From IMG/VR virus record IMGVR_UViG_3300043602_000144: a stretch of DNA of 64,000 bases; one strand, written 5' to 3'. The number at the start of each line of letters is the position of its first letter. The stretch's first letter is position 1. The stretch is from an uncultured virus (IMG/VR IMGVR_UViG_3300043602_000144). Its lineage: Duplodnaviria; Heunggongvirae; Uroviricota; Caudoviricetes. The translations under genes were made by a program, and so were the position numbers. This document shows positions 10,389 through 19,235 of this stretch, piece by piece. The notes beneath the pieces are model-generated. The model was given only the letters and a program-made list of their open reading frames with translations. It had not been told where the DNA came from and did no database searches.

Positions 10389-11164
10389 TGGCTAAGAAAT
10401 ATGTTGATCGCAGAAGTCCGTTCACAGGTAGTCCCACACTCAATCTGGCTAAGGAGGTCATGAAGCAACTGCAATTCGAGTTTCATCATGCCAAGTTGTC
10501 TTATGAAGAAGCCTATGTTGAGGCTCTCCATCTAATGCCATGGCTGCCGAAACTCAGCCATCAGCTTACTGGCATTCCATGGAAAGGAATGGATGGGCTT
10601 AAAGGCCGGTTAGAAATGACCGACCGCAGGCTCGCGCGTCGCGACAGCATCGGCAAGCAGGTTGCGTATCGTATCATGGCCAAGAAGATAGTCGCTCTGC
10701 GGAAACCAGTTACGGATGATGAGATGCTAGCCTATGCGGCACAGGTTAACAGAAACAACATCGTGGTTCCGATGTTGATCTATCTGTTTGCGCTTTACGA
10801 ACCAACCGACTTGAAGAAAACCACGATCATCGGATACAAAATTGGATTATCCGAACGTGGGTTTCATCGCAAGCATCAAATCGCCTACGCAGTTAGAGGT
10901 CGCTTCTTGATCGGGGATCAATATCAATTCTTGATTGAGGTGCGTGGTTGCACGTCTAAGGAACTGAAAGGGATCGAGAGCAATATCAAGAGCAAGTTTC
11001 GCGAACGTGGGCGGCTGCTGCATGGTCAGGAGTATTTTGATATTCCATTGTTTGAGGCTACCGCCGCGATCAAAGAAGCTTTGGACGAAGCACACAAGAG
11101 CTATGACATTCTGCCTACAGATAAATGGGAACCGAAGAAACACAAACTGCGAGTAGTTAAATGA
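10388..11164 (+). CDS. Putative T5orf172/GIY-YIG-like nuclease domain protein
   Basis: IYLF..GYKIGLS..R..IESNIKSKF..QEYFD pattern in the C-terminal half. Confidence 0.6.
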   Translation: MAKKYVDRRSPFTGSPTLNLAKEVMKQLQFEFHHAKLSYEEAYVEALHLMPWLPKLSHQLTGIPWKGMDGLKGRLEMTDRRLARRDSIGKQVAYRIMAKKIVALRKPVTDDEMLAYAAQVNRNNIVVPMLIYLFALYEPTDLKKTTIIGYKIGLSERGFHRKHQIAYAVRGRFLIGDQYQFLIEVRGCTSKELKGIESNIKSKFRERGRLLHGQEYFDIPLFEATAAIKEALDEAHKSYDILPTDKWEPKKHKLRVVK

Positions 11165-12096
11165 ATTCTGCAATCTACAGCTTCGTCGCCATCAGCGACA
11201 ACTCCATGGTGGCCAGCGTCAAGGTGGCGCAGTTTCTAAGAGACGAACTTCAACTGCCGTTGACGCATGATGCTCGCGCACTAGACAACGATCTGGATGT
11301 GCTGATTATCGTCAACGGCGCATTTGCCTTTGCCAAGCATCTGCAAGAGTTACACGATGCGATCCTCGGCGCCGAAAAGATCGTATGGGTGCAGCAGGAC
11401 TACTCGATCGTTCCGCCAATCAACAACGGAAAAGCCCAAAGCCCTTTTCGTCGAGCATTCGTGGAACGCAAGGAACAGGGGAAATCACACCTGGAGTTCT
11501 GGACCACGTGTGAGAAGGAGAGCAAGCTTACGCCGCTCAGCACCTACATCAACTGGAACTGTCTGACGATGTTGGAAAAGCCTTTGCGGCGTGCCATGGA
11601 TCACAATGACGTTGTGTACTATGGTTCTTACCGAGTGGGTCGCATCAAGACATTTGACAATTTCTTCATGAACCCCAAATGCAAGATGGTCATCTCGAGC
11701 CCGAGCAAACACTTTCAGGAACGATACGACAGCGAGAAGATCCAGCACCTCGGTGTCCAACCTGATCTGCTGAAATGGCTGAACGAGCGCGGGATGGGAT
11801 TGTATCTCGAGGACGGCAAATCACATCGGGAATATCACTCTCCGCCGAACAGGTTCTATGAGATGCTTTCTGCTGGACTGCCAATGGTATTCGAGGAAGC
11901 TGCAGGCATGACGCTGCGCAAGGCGGGTTATGATCCAAGTGAGTATGCCGTCAGCAGTCCGTTGGAAATAGCACGAAAGCTGGATCACCGTGACAGGATC
12001 GCCAAGGAACAGCGCGATCGTTGGTGGCAGGTCGCGGCCGCGGAACGTCAAGCTCTTCCAAAGAAAATTCAGCACGCATGGAACATGCTCCAATGA
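11161..12096 (+). CDS. GT-B glycosyltransferase, T4 DNA beta-glucosyltransferase-like
   Basis: DVLIIVNG, WVQQDY, DVVYYGSYRVGR and PNRFYEMLSAGLP segments resemble the BGT nucleotide-sugar-binding motifs (YGGSFRSGQR; RVWE). Confidence 0.72.
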   Translation: MNSAIYSFVAISDNSMVASVKVAQFLRDELQLPLTHDARALDNDLDVLIIVNGAFAFAKHLQELHDAILGAEKIVWVQQDYSIVPPINNGKAQSPFRRAFVERKEQGKSHLEFWTTCEKESKLTPLSTYINWNCLTMLEKPLRRAMDHNDVVYYGSYRVGRIKTFDNFFMNPKCKMVISSPSKHFQERYDSEKIQHLGVQPDLLKWLNERGMGLYLEDGKSHREYHSPPNRFYEMLSAGLPMVFEEAAGMTLRKAGYDPSEYAVSSPLEIARKLDHRDRIAKEQRDRWWQVAAAERQALPKKIQHAWNMLQ

Positions 12097-12656
12097 TTAT
12101 CAGTGTGCGAGGTACGAACGGAGCGGGGAAATCCACACTCGTGCGGGAAGTCATGAAGGGCTTCACGCACGACGGCGGCAAAGTCTATGCCATGCAGTAT
12201 CCGCCCGAAGAGAACAAGCACAGGCCCATGGGATACATCTGCAGAAATGCAGATCAGACCAAGGCGCTCTTCATCATCGGTCACTATGAGAATGCGAAAG
12301 CCAATGGCGGCGTCGATACGCTGCCGAACATGAAATACGCGCACGACCTTGCCCTGAATCATCACAGCATGGGATTTGATGTTCTCATGGAGGGCAAGAA
12401 TTTCACTGAGTCTCCGGCATGGATCCTCAAGCAGCACGAGGACAAACTAGATGTTCGTGTCGTGTTGATCGATACCCCAGTGAAACTGTGCATCAAGTCT
12501 GTTATCGCACGAGGACACAAGATCCAAGAAAAGACCATCAGGGGATTACACGCTAAAAGTCGTGTGCAGTTCAGGCTCTTCGAAAGGGCTGGCGTTCCTG
12601 CGTACAAAGGCACCAGACGACAATGTCTGGAGAAGGTACAGTCATGGTTAAAATGA
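12093..12656 (+). CDS. P-loop kinase, 5-hmdU DNA kinase (5-HMUDK)-like
   Basis: IISVRGTNGAGKST Walker A, IGHY..GGVDTL, VLMEG, TP..CI..V..RG; gene context. Confidence 0.78.
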   Translation: MIISVRGTNGAGKSTLVREVMKGFTHDGGKVYAMQYPPEENKHRPMGYICRNADQTKALFIIGHYENAKANGGVDTLPNMKYAHDLALNHHSMGFDVLMEGKNFTESPAWILKQHEDKLDVRVVLIDTPVKLCIKSVIARGHKIQEKTIRGLHAKSRVQFRLFERAGVPAYKGTRRQCLEKVQSWLK

Positions 12657-13078
12657 GTGATCGTCCAGTTCTGTTAACACACAACAGTCTGCTCTATCCA
12701 TATTTTCCTGGAAGCGTCGGCTGGCACATATTCAAGATGCTCAAGTCCAGAGTGCCGGATGTCACGCGTCGCGATTATCTCAGAGTGTTCGACAGATACA
12801 GCCTCGGTGAAGATGCCTACCATTTTCGCGCTGCACTTCGTGGCCGTGTCGTGGTAATTTTAGGTGGCGCACCACGCAGTCTTGGTCTCACCGAAGTTCT
12901 GGTTTATCCGCAGGTCATTGACGGCATCATCTGGCGACGGCTTCCGTTGCCCGGTGATCACTGGTACGATGATCCAAGGAACCGGATCGTCGCGTCAATG
13001 GTATTCGAGAGTTTGTATCTTTCATGGTTGGAAACGGAGAAGGTTGATGTTCGTCTGCAATGTACGGAATGTGTGTGA
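12653..13078 (+). CDS. Hypothetical protein, possibly a degenerate uracil-DNA-glycosylase-fold protein
   Basis: GSVGWHIFKML, RGRVVVILG and LPLPGDHWYDDPRNR resemble the VxLG and xPHPS..W motifs, but without the His. Confidence 0.45.
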   Translation: MSDRPVLLTHNSLLYPYFPGSVGWHIFKMLKSRVPDVTRRDYLRVFDRYSLGEDAYHFRAALRGRVVVILGGAPRSLGLTEVLVYPQVIDGIIWRRLPLPGDHWYDDPRNRIVASMVFESLYLSWLETEKVDVRLQCTECV

Positions 13079-14084
13079 AGCGTTACCAGCGACACTGAAA
13101 TTGCTACAGGATGCAGGTCAGCATCAAGGATCACGCGCCGGCGATGTCATGGTGCTGCCAGCACCGCTGATGACGGTGATGTCTCACCCATGCGAGCGCG
13201 TGCTGCGCAGCGCCATCAGGGACGCCAATCCGTTCTTCCACATGGTCGAAGCCATCTGGATGCTGGCCGGAAGGGATGATGCAGAACCGTTAAATCTTTA
13301 CGTCAAGAATTTCGGAGAGAGTTTCGCTGAACGCAAGCAGGGCGAACCTTTCCCAGAGACCGACGGCAAGATCCACGACGCCTATGGCCGCCGTTGGCGC
13401 ACGGCATTCAATTTCGATCAACTCAATGTGGTGGTGCAAAGACTCATTGACGATCCTCGAGACAGACAATGCGTGATAACGATGTGGGATCCGCGGCGCA
13501 CGCATACCGAGGGTGAGAATGATCTTCGAGGCGGATGGCGCACCCGTCCGTGCAATACGCATCTGTATCTGCGCATCGTGGATCATCGTCTGGATATCAC
13601 GGTCTGCTGCCGAAGCAATGACATGATCTGGGGTGGCCATGGTGCCAATGCCGTTCACTTCAGCATCCTGCAGGAATACATGGCAGCACGGATTGACACT
13701 GAAATCGGCACGATGTATCAACTCAGCAACAATGCGCACGCTTACTTGACAGAACTCGATCGTCTCGAGCGTCGCGCCAAGATGTATCCGTGGTTTGACT
13801 CTGACTATTATAAATACGAAGACGTTGCGCCAGCACCCATGTTCACAGAGCCGACTGCGATTGACGATGACGTGAACGCTGCCATGCGCTGGCACGATCA
13901 TCTCGGGGAGCGCGTGCCCGATTTCAAGAACGAATGGTTCAACACGACGTTTGCGTCCGCTGTGATTGCGCACCGGATGTATCGGTCTGGTGATATCAAT
14001 ATGGCCATCAAGATCGCCGGAACTGTCGGTGCATCCGACTGGCGCATGGCAATGGTCGAGTGGCTGCAGCGGAGGGTGAAATGA
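13047..14084 (+). CDS. Thymidylate synthase homologue, probable dUMP hydroxymethyltransferase
   Basis: RDANPFFHMVEAIWMLAGR, AYGRRWR..DQL, catalytic PCN, RSNDMIWGGHGAN (Asn at the specificity position), NAHAY. Confidence 0.88.
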   Translation: MFVCNVRNVCEALPATLKLLQDAGQHQGSRAGDVMVLPAPLMTVMSHPCERVLRSAIRDANPFFHMVEAIWMLAGRDDAEPLNLYVKNFGESFAERKQGEPFPETDGKIHDAYGRRWRTAFNFDQLNVVVQRLIDDPRDRQCVITMWDPRRTHTEGENDLRGGWRTRPCNTHLYLRIVDHRLDITVCCRSNDMIWGGHGANAVHFSILQEYMAARIDTEIGTMYQLSNNAHAYLTELDRLERRAKMYPWFDSDYYKYEDVAPAPMFTEPTAIDDDVNAAMRWHDHLGERVPDFKNEWFNTTFASAVIAHRMYRSGDINMAIKIAGTVGASDWRMAMVEWLQRRVK

Positions 14085-14626
14085 TGTCACCAACGCCAAC
14101 TGTCCATCAACGGATTATGTCGATGCGCGCGATGGCCTCGCGCATTCGGCGTTATCATACCATTCCGGTGCTGCATCAGGAAACGGTCGGCGAGCATTCA
14201 CACAGAGTATGCACTTTGTATCTGCAATTGTTCGGCAGTCCGCGAGCAGAAGTCCTGGAGTACATCCTGTATCATGACATGGGTGAACTCAGTTCAGGCG
14301 ACCTTCCGTTCAACGCCAAGCGCGATGCACCTGGAATCAAGGATTACATGGACAAGGCCGAAGAAGCAGGCCTGCGGCGCATGAACATCGACATGCCTGA
14401 TCTGTACGATGTCGAGTACGCGCGATTCAAGCTCTGTGACATGTTGCAGATGCTGGAATTCGCACGCATCGAGATGTCGATGGGAAATCAGTATGCAAGG
14501 TCGGTGCAGGATAATATCCTGACTGCACTGGAAGGCTATAAACTCTTGCCGTCGCATCAAGTGAAATCCGGCATACTCGTGGTCATGTGCGGCACGCCAA
14601 TTCAAAAGGCAGAAGAAGATGACTAA
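14081..14626 (+). CDS. HD-domain 5'-deoxynucleotidase (YfbR-like)
   Basis: IRRYH..ETVGEHS, LYHDMGE..GDLP, KLCD. Confidence 0.85.
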   Translation: MMSPTPTVHQRIMSMRAMASRIRRYHTIPVLHQETVGEHSHRVCTLYLQLFGSPRAEVLEYILYHDMGELSSGDLPFNAKRDAPGIKDYMDKAEEAGLRRMNIDMPDLYDVEYARFKLCDMLQMLEFARIEMSMGNQYARSVQDNILTALEGYKLLPSHQVKSGILVVMCGTPIQKAEEDD

Positions 14627-16613
14627 GAAGAAACGTGACTATCATGTTGGCGGTGAACAACTGCTTCTCATCCAGCCGCAAAGCACATGGAAACGTGTGA
14701 CAGAACTTCCTGATCTGCGCCGGGTTGGCATCATCGCGTTGGATCGCGAGACAGAAGATCCAGGACTTCAAGCCAAGACAGGACCAAGCTGGACGCACAA
14801 GCGCGGACGTATCGTCGGCGTGAGCGTGGCGTGGCATGAAGGTGAAGAAATCAAATCCTGCTATCTGCCGACCGGCCATCCAGACAGCGAGTGCTTCGCA
14901 CCTGAACAGGTGGCGCAGTGGGAACGGGATCTCCAGAAAGCTGGCGTCACCTTCGTCATGCAGAACGCCGGATACGATATCGGGTTCGGCTCATCATGCT
15001 GGAAGCTGCCGGTGCCAGCCAAGATTCATGACACGTCTGCGATTGCCTACATGCTCGACGAACAGCGGATGTCCTACTCGCTGAACGAGCTCTGCAGATG
15101 GCAAGGCATGCCGGGCAAAGATGAAAGGACATTGCGCGAAGCCGCGGATGCGTATGGCATCGACCCGAAGAACGGATTGTTCCGTTTGCCAGCACGCTAC
15201 GTTGGCGACTATGCGGCACAGGACGCACGCGCCACCCTGATGCTCTTCGACAAGATGTATCCTGAATTGGCGAAGCAGGAACTGACTGATGCTTATAACC
15301 TAGAGATGGATCTAGTTCCTGTGGTTCACCAGATGATGGCGCGTGGCATCCGCATAGATCAGGACGTGACACAGCAATTGTATGACAAGTTCAAAGCACA
15401 GAGTCAAGCCGCGCTGAAGGAACTCAGTGACAAGCTTAAGCACACTGTCAGTCTGAAAGATATCCATCAAACTGCGTGGCTCGCAAAAGCCCACGATGCA
15501 TGCAAGGTCCGCTATCCGATGACGGCAAGAGGTGCAGCCAGTTTCACCAAGGGTTGGATGCAATCACATACACACTGGCTTCCACAACTAGTGCAGAAAG
15601 CTCGAAGTCGTGAAGACGCGGCTGAAAAGTTCGTCAAGAACTACATCATGGACCATACTTATAACGGTCGGCTGCACGCCAGCGTGCATCAGTATCGTGC
15701 GGAGGTTGCTGGCGGTGAAGACGATGCGCGTGGCGGCGGCACCCGCACCTATAGATTTAGCTACTCAGATCCGCCGCTGCAACAGATGCCGAAGCGCGAT
15801 GATGAAACGGTGGAAGTCCGGCGGGCTTTCCTGCCGGAGGAGGGCGAGCAGTGGCTCAGCGCGGATTACAGCCAACAGGAGTATCGGCTGTTCGTGCATT
15901 ACGCGGCCAAGGCGAAGCTTCACAAGGCGGATGCAGCGGTGCAGCGTTACATTGACGACCCGAAAACTGATTTCCATCAGTGGGTCGCTGACATCACAGG
16001 CCTGCCGCGCAAGCCAGCCAAGGATGCCAACTTCGCCAAGATTTACGGAGCGCGTGAAAAGAAGTTTGCCATGATGATAGGGAAATCCATTGCTGAGGCT
16101 ACTGATATCATGCGGCAGTATGACCGGGAAATGCCGTTCGCCAATTTGCTATTCCAACAATGTGAAAACGTCGCCGAGCGCCGCGGACACATCAAGCTTC
16201 TGGATGGTGCGCGCGTCCGGTTCGATTGGTGGTTTGCCGGGTGGCGTAGCAATGATAACAGCACCAAGTGGAGCAAGGAAGATTACAGCAGCGACTGCCG
16301 CGGAGATGAAGCGCAGCGGCGCGTCACTGACAGCACCCATCCGTGGTTCAATAGGGTTCTGCGGCGGAGCCGCTGCTACAAGGCATTGAACGGATTGATT
16401 CAGGGCAGTGCAGCACGGCAAACCAAGATGGCCATGCGGGCATGCGCCCAAGCTGGAATCCAGCCGGTGCTGCAAGTCCATGATGAACTCTGTTTCAGCG
16501 TTGGAAATAAGAACATGGCCGCACAGATTTCAGAACTGATGTGCAGTGCCGCTCCGCTGGTAGTGCCGATGCAAGTGGATGTCAAGCTTGGTCCAAGCTG
16601 GGGACGCACATGA
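14619..16613 (+). CDS. DNA polymerase, family A, with 3'-5' exonuclease
   Basis: LDRETED, QNAGYD and YAAQDA exonuclease motifs; TRTYRFS..PPLQQ, ADYSQQEYR (A), KDANFAKIYG (B), LQVHDEL (C). Confidence 0.95.
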   Translation: MTKKKRDYHVGGEQLLLIQPQSTWKRVTELPDLRRVGIIALDRETEDPGLQAKTGPSWTHKRGRIVGVSVAWHEGEEIKSCYLPTGHPDSECFAPEQVAQWERDLQKAGVTFVMQNAGYDIGFGSSCWKLPVPAKIHDTSAIAYMLDEQRMSYSLNELCRWQGMPGKDERTLREAADAYGIDPKNGLFRLPARYVGDYAAQDARATLMLFDKMYPELAKQELTDAYNLEMDLVPVVHQMMARGIRIDQDVTQQLYDKFKAQSQAALKELSDKLKHTVSLKDIHQTAWLAKAHDACKVRYPMTARGAASFTKGWMQSHTHWLPQLVQKARSREDAAEKFVKNYIMDHTYNGRLHASVHQYRAEVAGGEDDARGGGTRTYRFSYSDPPLQQMPKRDDETVEVRRAFLPEEGEQWLSADYSQQEYRLFVHYAAKAKLHKADAAVQRYIDDPKTDFHQWVADITGLPRKPAKDANFAKIYGAREKKFAMMIGKSIAEATDIMRQYDREMPFANLLFQQCENVAERRGHIKLLDGARVRFDWWFAGWRSNDNSTKWSKEDYSSDCRGDEAQRRVTDSTHPWFNRVLRRSRCYKALNGLIQGSAARQTKMAMRACAQAGIQPVLQVHDELCFSVGNKNMAAQISELMCSAAPLVVPMQVDVKLGPSWGRT

Positions 16614-16768
16614 CCTATACACCGCCTGACCCCAAGGATTCAAAGTGGAAATGGTGGTGCGAATCCTGTGGCACCGTGACGGATGATTCCAAGCAGTGTG
16701 ACTGCACTGACATGCGCTTGGATTGCCAGAAGCTGCACCCGTATCCGTTCCCAGAATCCAAGTCATAG
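16610..16768 (+). CDS. Small Cys-rich protein
   Basis: ATGA overlap with the polymerase; CESC..CDC. Confidence 0.5.
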   Translation: MTYTPPDPKDSKWKWWCESCGTVTDDSKQCDCTDMRLDCQKLHPYPFPESKS

Positions 16769-16807
16769 TTATGTTTCGTGTGATTTTCTGCCATGCGGTT
16801 CCGCGCC

Positions 16808-16836
16808 TTGTTGTGTTACAGGTAGCACGCTAGAAT
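16808..16836 (+). promoter_or_regulatory. Putative sigma70 promoter TTGTTG-N17-TAGAAT with palindrome TGTTA-CAGG-TAGCA in the spacer
   Basis: Read directly; palindrome at 16814-16827. Confidence 0.6.
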
Positions 16837-17065
16837 CACCGTGCTGCAATACAGCGGCACGGAGAAAACCAAATGAAGCGCGTGATTGATAAAAACCAAG
16901 ATGAGTTCCTGACGCAGGATGGACAATGGTGGTGGGTTCCGCTGAAGGAACAAAGCAGCGTGAAAAAGTTGGGCCGTTCAAGTCCAAAGAAAAAGCCCGC
17001 GCAGATGCACATGATAATTGCTGGGTCCCAGAATAAACAAACGGAATTCATAAACAAAACCACGG

Positions 17066-17094
17066 GGGAGGGCATCCAGCCCTCCCTTTATTTT
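17066..17094 (+). terminator. Intrinsic terminator
   Basis: GGGAGGGC-atcca-GCCCTCCC followed by TTTATTTT. Confidence 0.7.
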
Positions 17095-17216
17095 AGGTTA
17101 TACCCGGACCCCTGCAGGCCTTGGCTGTTACCCCTAGCAGGGCTGCAGGGGCGTCCCCAGCTCACATTTTTCTGAAAAAGTCCAGCAAAGCGGAGACCTT
17201 TTTGATCCAAAAATCC

Positions 17217-17245
17217 TTGCTTGCTACCCCTAGCAGGGCTAGAAT
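17217..17245 (+). promoter_or_regulatory. Putative sigma70 promoter TTGCTT-N17-TAGAAT overlapping palindrome TGCTA-CCCC-TAGCA
   Basis: Read directly; palindrome at 17222-17235. Confidence 0.65.
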
Positions 17246-17249
17246 GGTC

Positions 17250-17460
17250 CTAGGTTGTGAGGCAGGGCTAACAGCGTCAGCCAGTTTTACCCCGCAACCC
17301 GGCGACTAAAAGGTTCCGCCGTTCCCCAGTGCCCAATGAGGCCGGAGCAAGGAATGGCAGAACCCCCACCGTGGCACGCGATGCGGCTGTAACAAGGCCT
17401 TGCACATTGCCCCTGCTACCAAGTTTCGCCGGAGGCCCGTAGTTAAGAAAAACGGGTGCA
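17250..17460 (+). ncRNA. Candidate structured non-coding RNA
   Basis: Directly downstream of a promoter, no credible ORF; helices 17312-17325/17351-17364, 17299-17305/17426-17432 and 17435-17440/17452-17457. Confidence 0.4.
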
Positions 17461-17536
17461 TGCAAATTTCCAGAAAACTTTTGCAAGCTAAATGGCGCTG
17501 CGCATTTACACTGCGCGGCGAATCCAAAGACATTTC

Positions 17537-17588
17537 CGCAGTGATGCGCAAGTGAAATTCATTTCTCGCAGTGATGCGCAAGTGAAAT
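17537..17588. repeat. 22-bp direct repeat CGCAGTGATGCGCAAGTGAAAT, two copies, 30-bp period
   Basis: Copies at 17537-17558 and 17567-17588. Confidence 0.9.
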
Positions 17589-17804
17589 CCAAAACAAAAC
17601 GGCGACGGCAATTCGGTTCGGCACTTCACTGATGCCTTACGGAACTGTCCGACGCGCTCAATCAGCGGCGAGCCGCTTGGCGATGCACGGAGTTTTCCGA
17701 GAACCTCCGGTCATCATCAAGCGGCAGCATGCGCCAAGTGCAACGCAGCACGGCCGGAGTCGGCCGTGTCACGGTGCATTCCGCACCTTCAAAGGAAAAC
17801 TAAA

Positions 17805-18032
17805 ATGGTTAAGTGGAATAAATCTGAAGAAGGCTACCTCACCTCCAAGTGCGGCAAGTTTGAAATCGAACCGATTTTCATTGGCCGCACCACACCGCAG
17901 GGCTTCAACATTTACTACCGTCCGGCACCGGACGCTCCGCGGGAAAGAATCAAGCGATACGCTGATACGCAGCGTGACGCCAAGAATACCGCAGAACATT
18001 ATTACATCTTCAATGTTCTGCGCCAAAACTAA
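17805..18032 (+). CDS. Hypothetical protein
   Basis: AAGGA RBS, start MVKWNK. Confidence 0.65.
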   Translation: MVKWNKSEEGYLTSKCGKFEIEPIFIGRTTPQGFNIYYRPAPDAPRERIKRYADTQRDAKNTAEHYYIFNVLRQN

Positions 18033-18079
18033 AACCCCAATTGAAACCCACCGACGTCCAACCTGAAGGAACGACGCAA

Positions 18080-19234
18080 ATGAATACCGATATCTTACAG
18101 ACGCAAATCAATGAACTCCGCACGGCACTGCCCATCCTGGAAGAAAAAGCCAAGCTGGGAGCCATCCACTTTGACAGTGCAGTAAAAGCAAAGGACCTGC
18201 TCCGCTGGTTCGATGCCGGTCGCACCATGTCAGAAAAACAAATTCTGTTTGTGGGTCGGCTGTTGCAGCGTGCCAAGCGCAAGCATCGGAACCTCGACGT
18301 TAAGGTAAACGTCACCGGCTCCGTTGACACCGCGGAAATCGTACGTCAGGCTGTCGCGGAAATCGAAGCGCGTGGCGGGCTGAATGACGGCGACCTCGAG
18401 AAAATCGAGCGCATCGTTACTGCCAACGTGATGGTAGAAATTGAAAACCGCAAGCCGCGTCAGGTGGAAATCCTGGTGAAGCAGGCGGACACCGGCAAAA
18501 CCAAAAAGGTTATGGGTGCCGTTCACAAAATGTTCGAGCATCTGGTGCGCATGGCCAGCATCCGGCTGCCGAACGGCTATACCAACGGCATGTTCATTGC
18601 CGGCGAAGCAAGCTCTGGCAAAACTACTGGCTGCAAAATGCTGGCGGAAGCGCTCGGGCTCAAGTGGCACTTTAACGGAGCCATTAGTTTCCCGCATGAA
18701 ATGCTTGGCTTCATCGACGGTGCAGGCAAGTATCACCGCACCCCGTTCCGTGAAGCCTATGAGCATGGTGGCGTCTACACGTTCGATGAAGTGGATCGGT
18801 CCGACCCGGTCGCGCTGCTCGCCGTGAACCCGCACACTGCAAACGGTGTGGCAACTTTCCCGGACAAGCAAATCAAGCGCCACAAGGACTGCATCATTAT
18901 CTGCACCGCTAACACTTGGGGTCTGGGTGCTGATGCAAACTATTCCGGTGCTACCAAGCTGGACGCGGCGTTCCTCAGCCGCTTCCCCATCAAGCTGTCA
19001 TGGGATATCGACCCCGTGCTGGAAGAAGCTATCGTTACCAACTCCGAGTGGCTGGACCGTGTCCGCAAGGCGCGCGGCAATGCCCGCTCAGCTGGCCTGA
19101 AAGTAATGATTGACACCCGCGCCGCAATGGCCGGTCAGTCACTCATTGAAGCGGGCTACAACATGGATGACGCGGCAGGGTTCACCTACCTCGCCAACCT
19201 GAAGCCGGAACAACGCAAGCAAGTGGAGGCCTAA
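18080..19234 (+). CDS. MoxR/CobS-like AAA+ ATPase
   Basis: GEASSGKT, YTFDEVD, TANTWGLG..Y and LDAAFLSRF motifs. Confidence 0.9.
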   Translation: MNTDILQTQINELRTALPILEEKAKLGAIHFDSAVKAKDLLRWFDAGRTMSEKQILFVGRLLQRAKRKHRNLDVKVNVTGSVDTAEIVRQAVAEIEARGGLNDGDLEKIERIVTANVMVEIENRKPRQVEILVKQADTGKTKKVMGAVHKMFEHLVRMASIRLPNGYTNGMFIAGEASSGKTTGCKMLAEALGLKWHFNGAISFPHEMLGFIDGAGKYHRTPFREAYEHGGVYTFDEVDRSDPVALLAVNPHTANGVATFPDKQIKRHKDCIIICTANTWGLGADANYSGATKLDAAFLSRFPIKLSWDIDPVLEEAIVTNSEWLDRVRKARGNARSAGLKVMIDTRAAMAGQSLIEAGYNMDDAAGFTYLANLKPEQRKQVEA

Positions 19235-19235
19235 C

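Noticed and set aside
13047..14084. dCMP hydroxymethylase giving T4-like glucosyl-hmC
   Set aside because: The specificity residue reads Asn rather than Asp, and the neighbours belong to the hmU pathway; not excluded experimentally.
16873..17175. 100-aa ORF after the 16808 promoter
   Set aside because: It has an RBS but runs through a terminator and an operator hairpin; too doubtful to call.
17537..17588. Direct repeats as a CRISPR mini-array
   Set aside because: Only two copies with an 8-bp gap; no cas genes.
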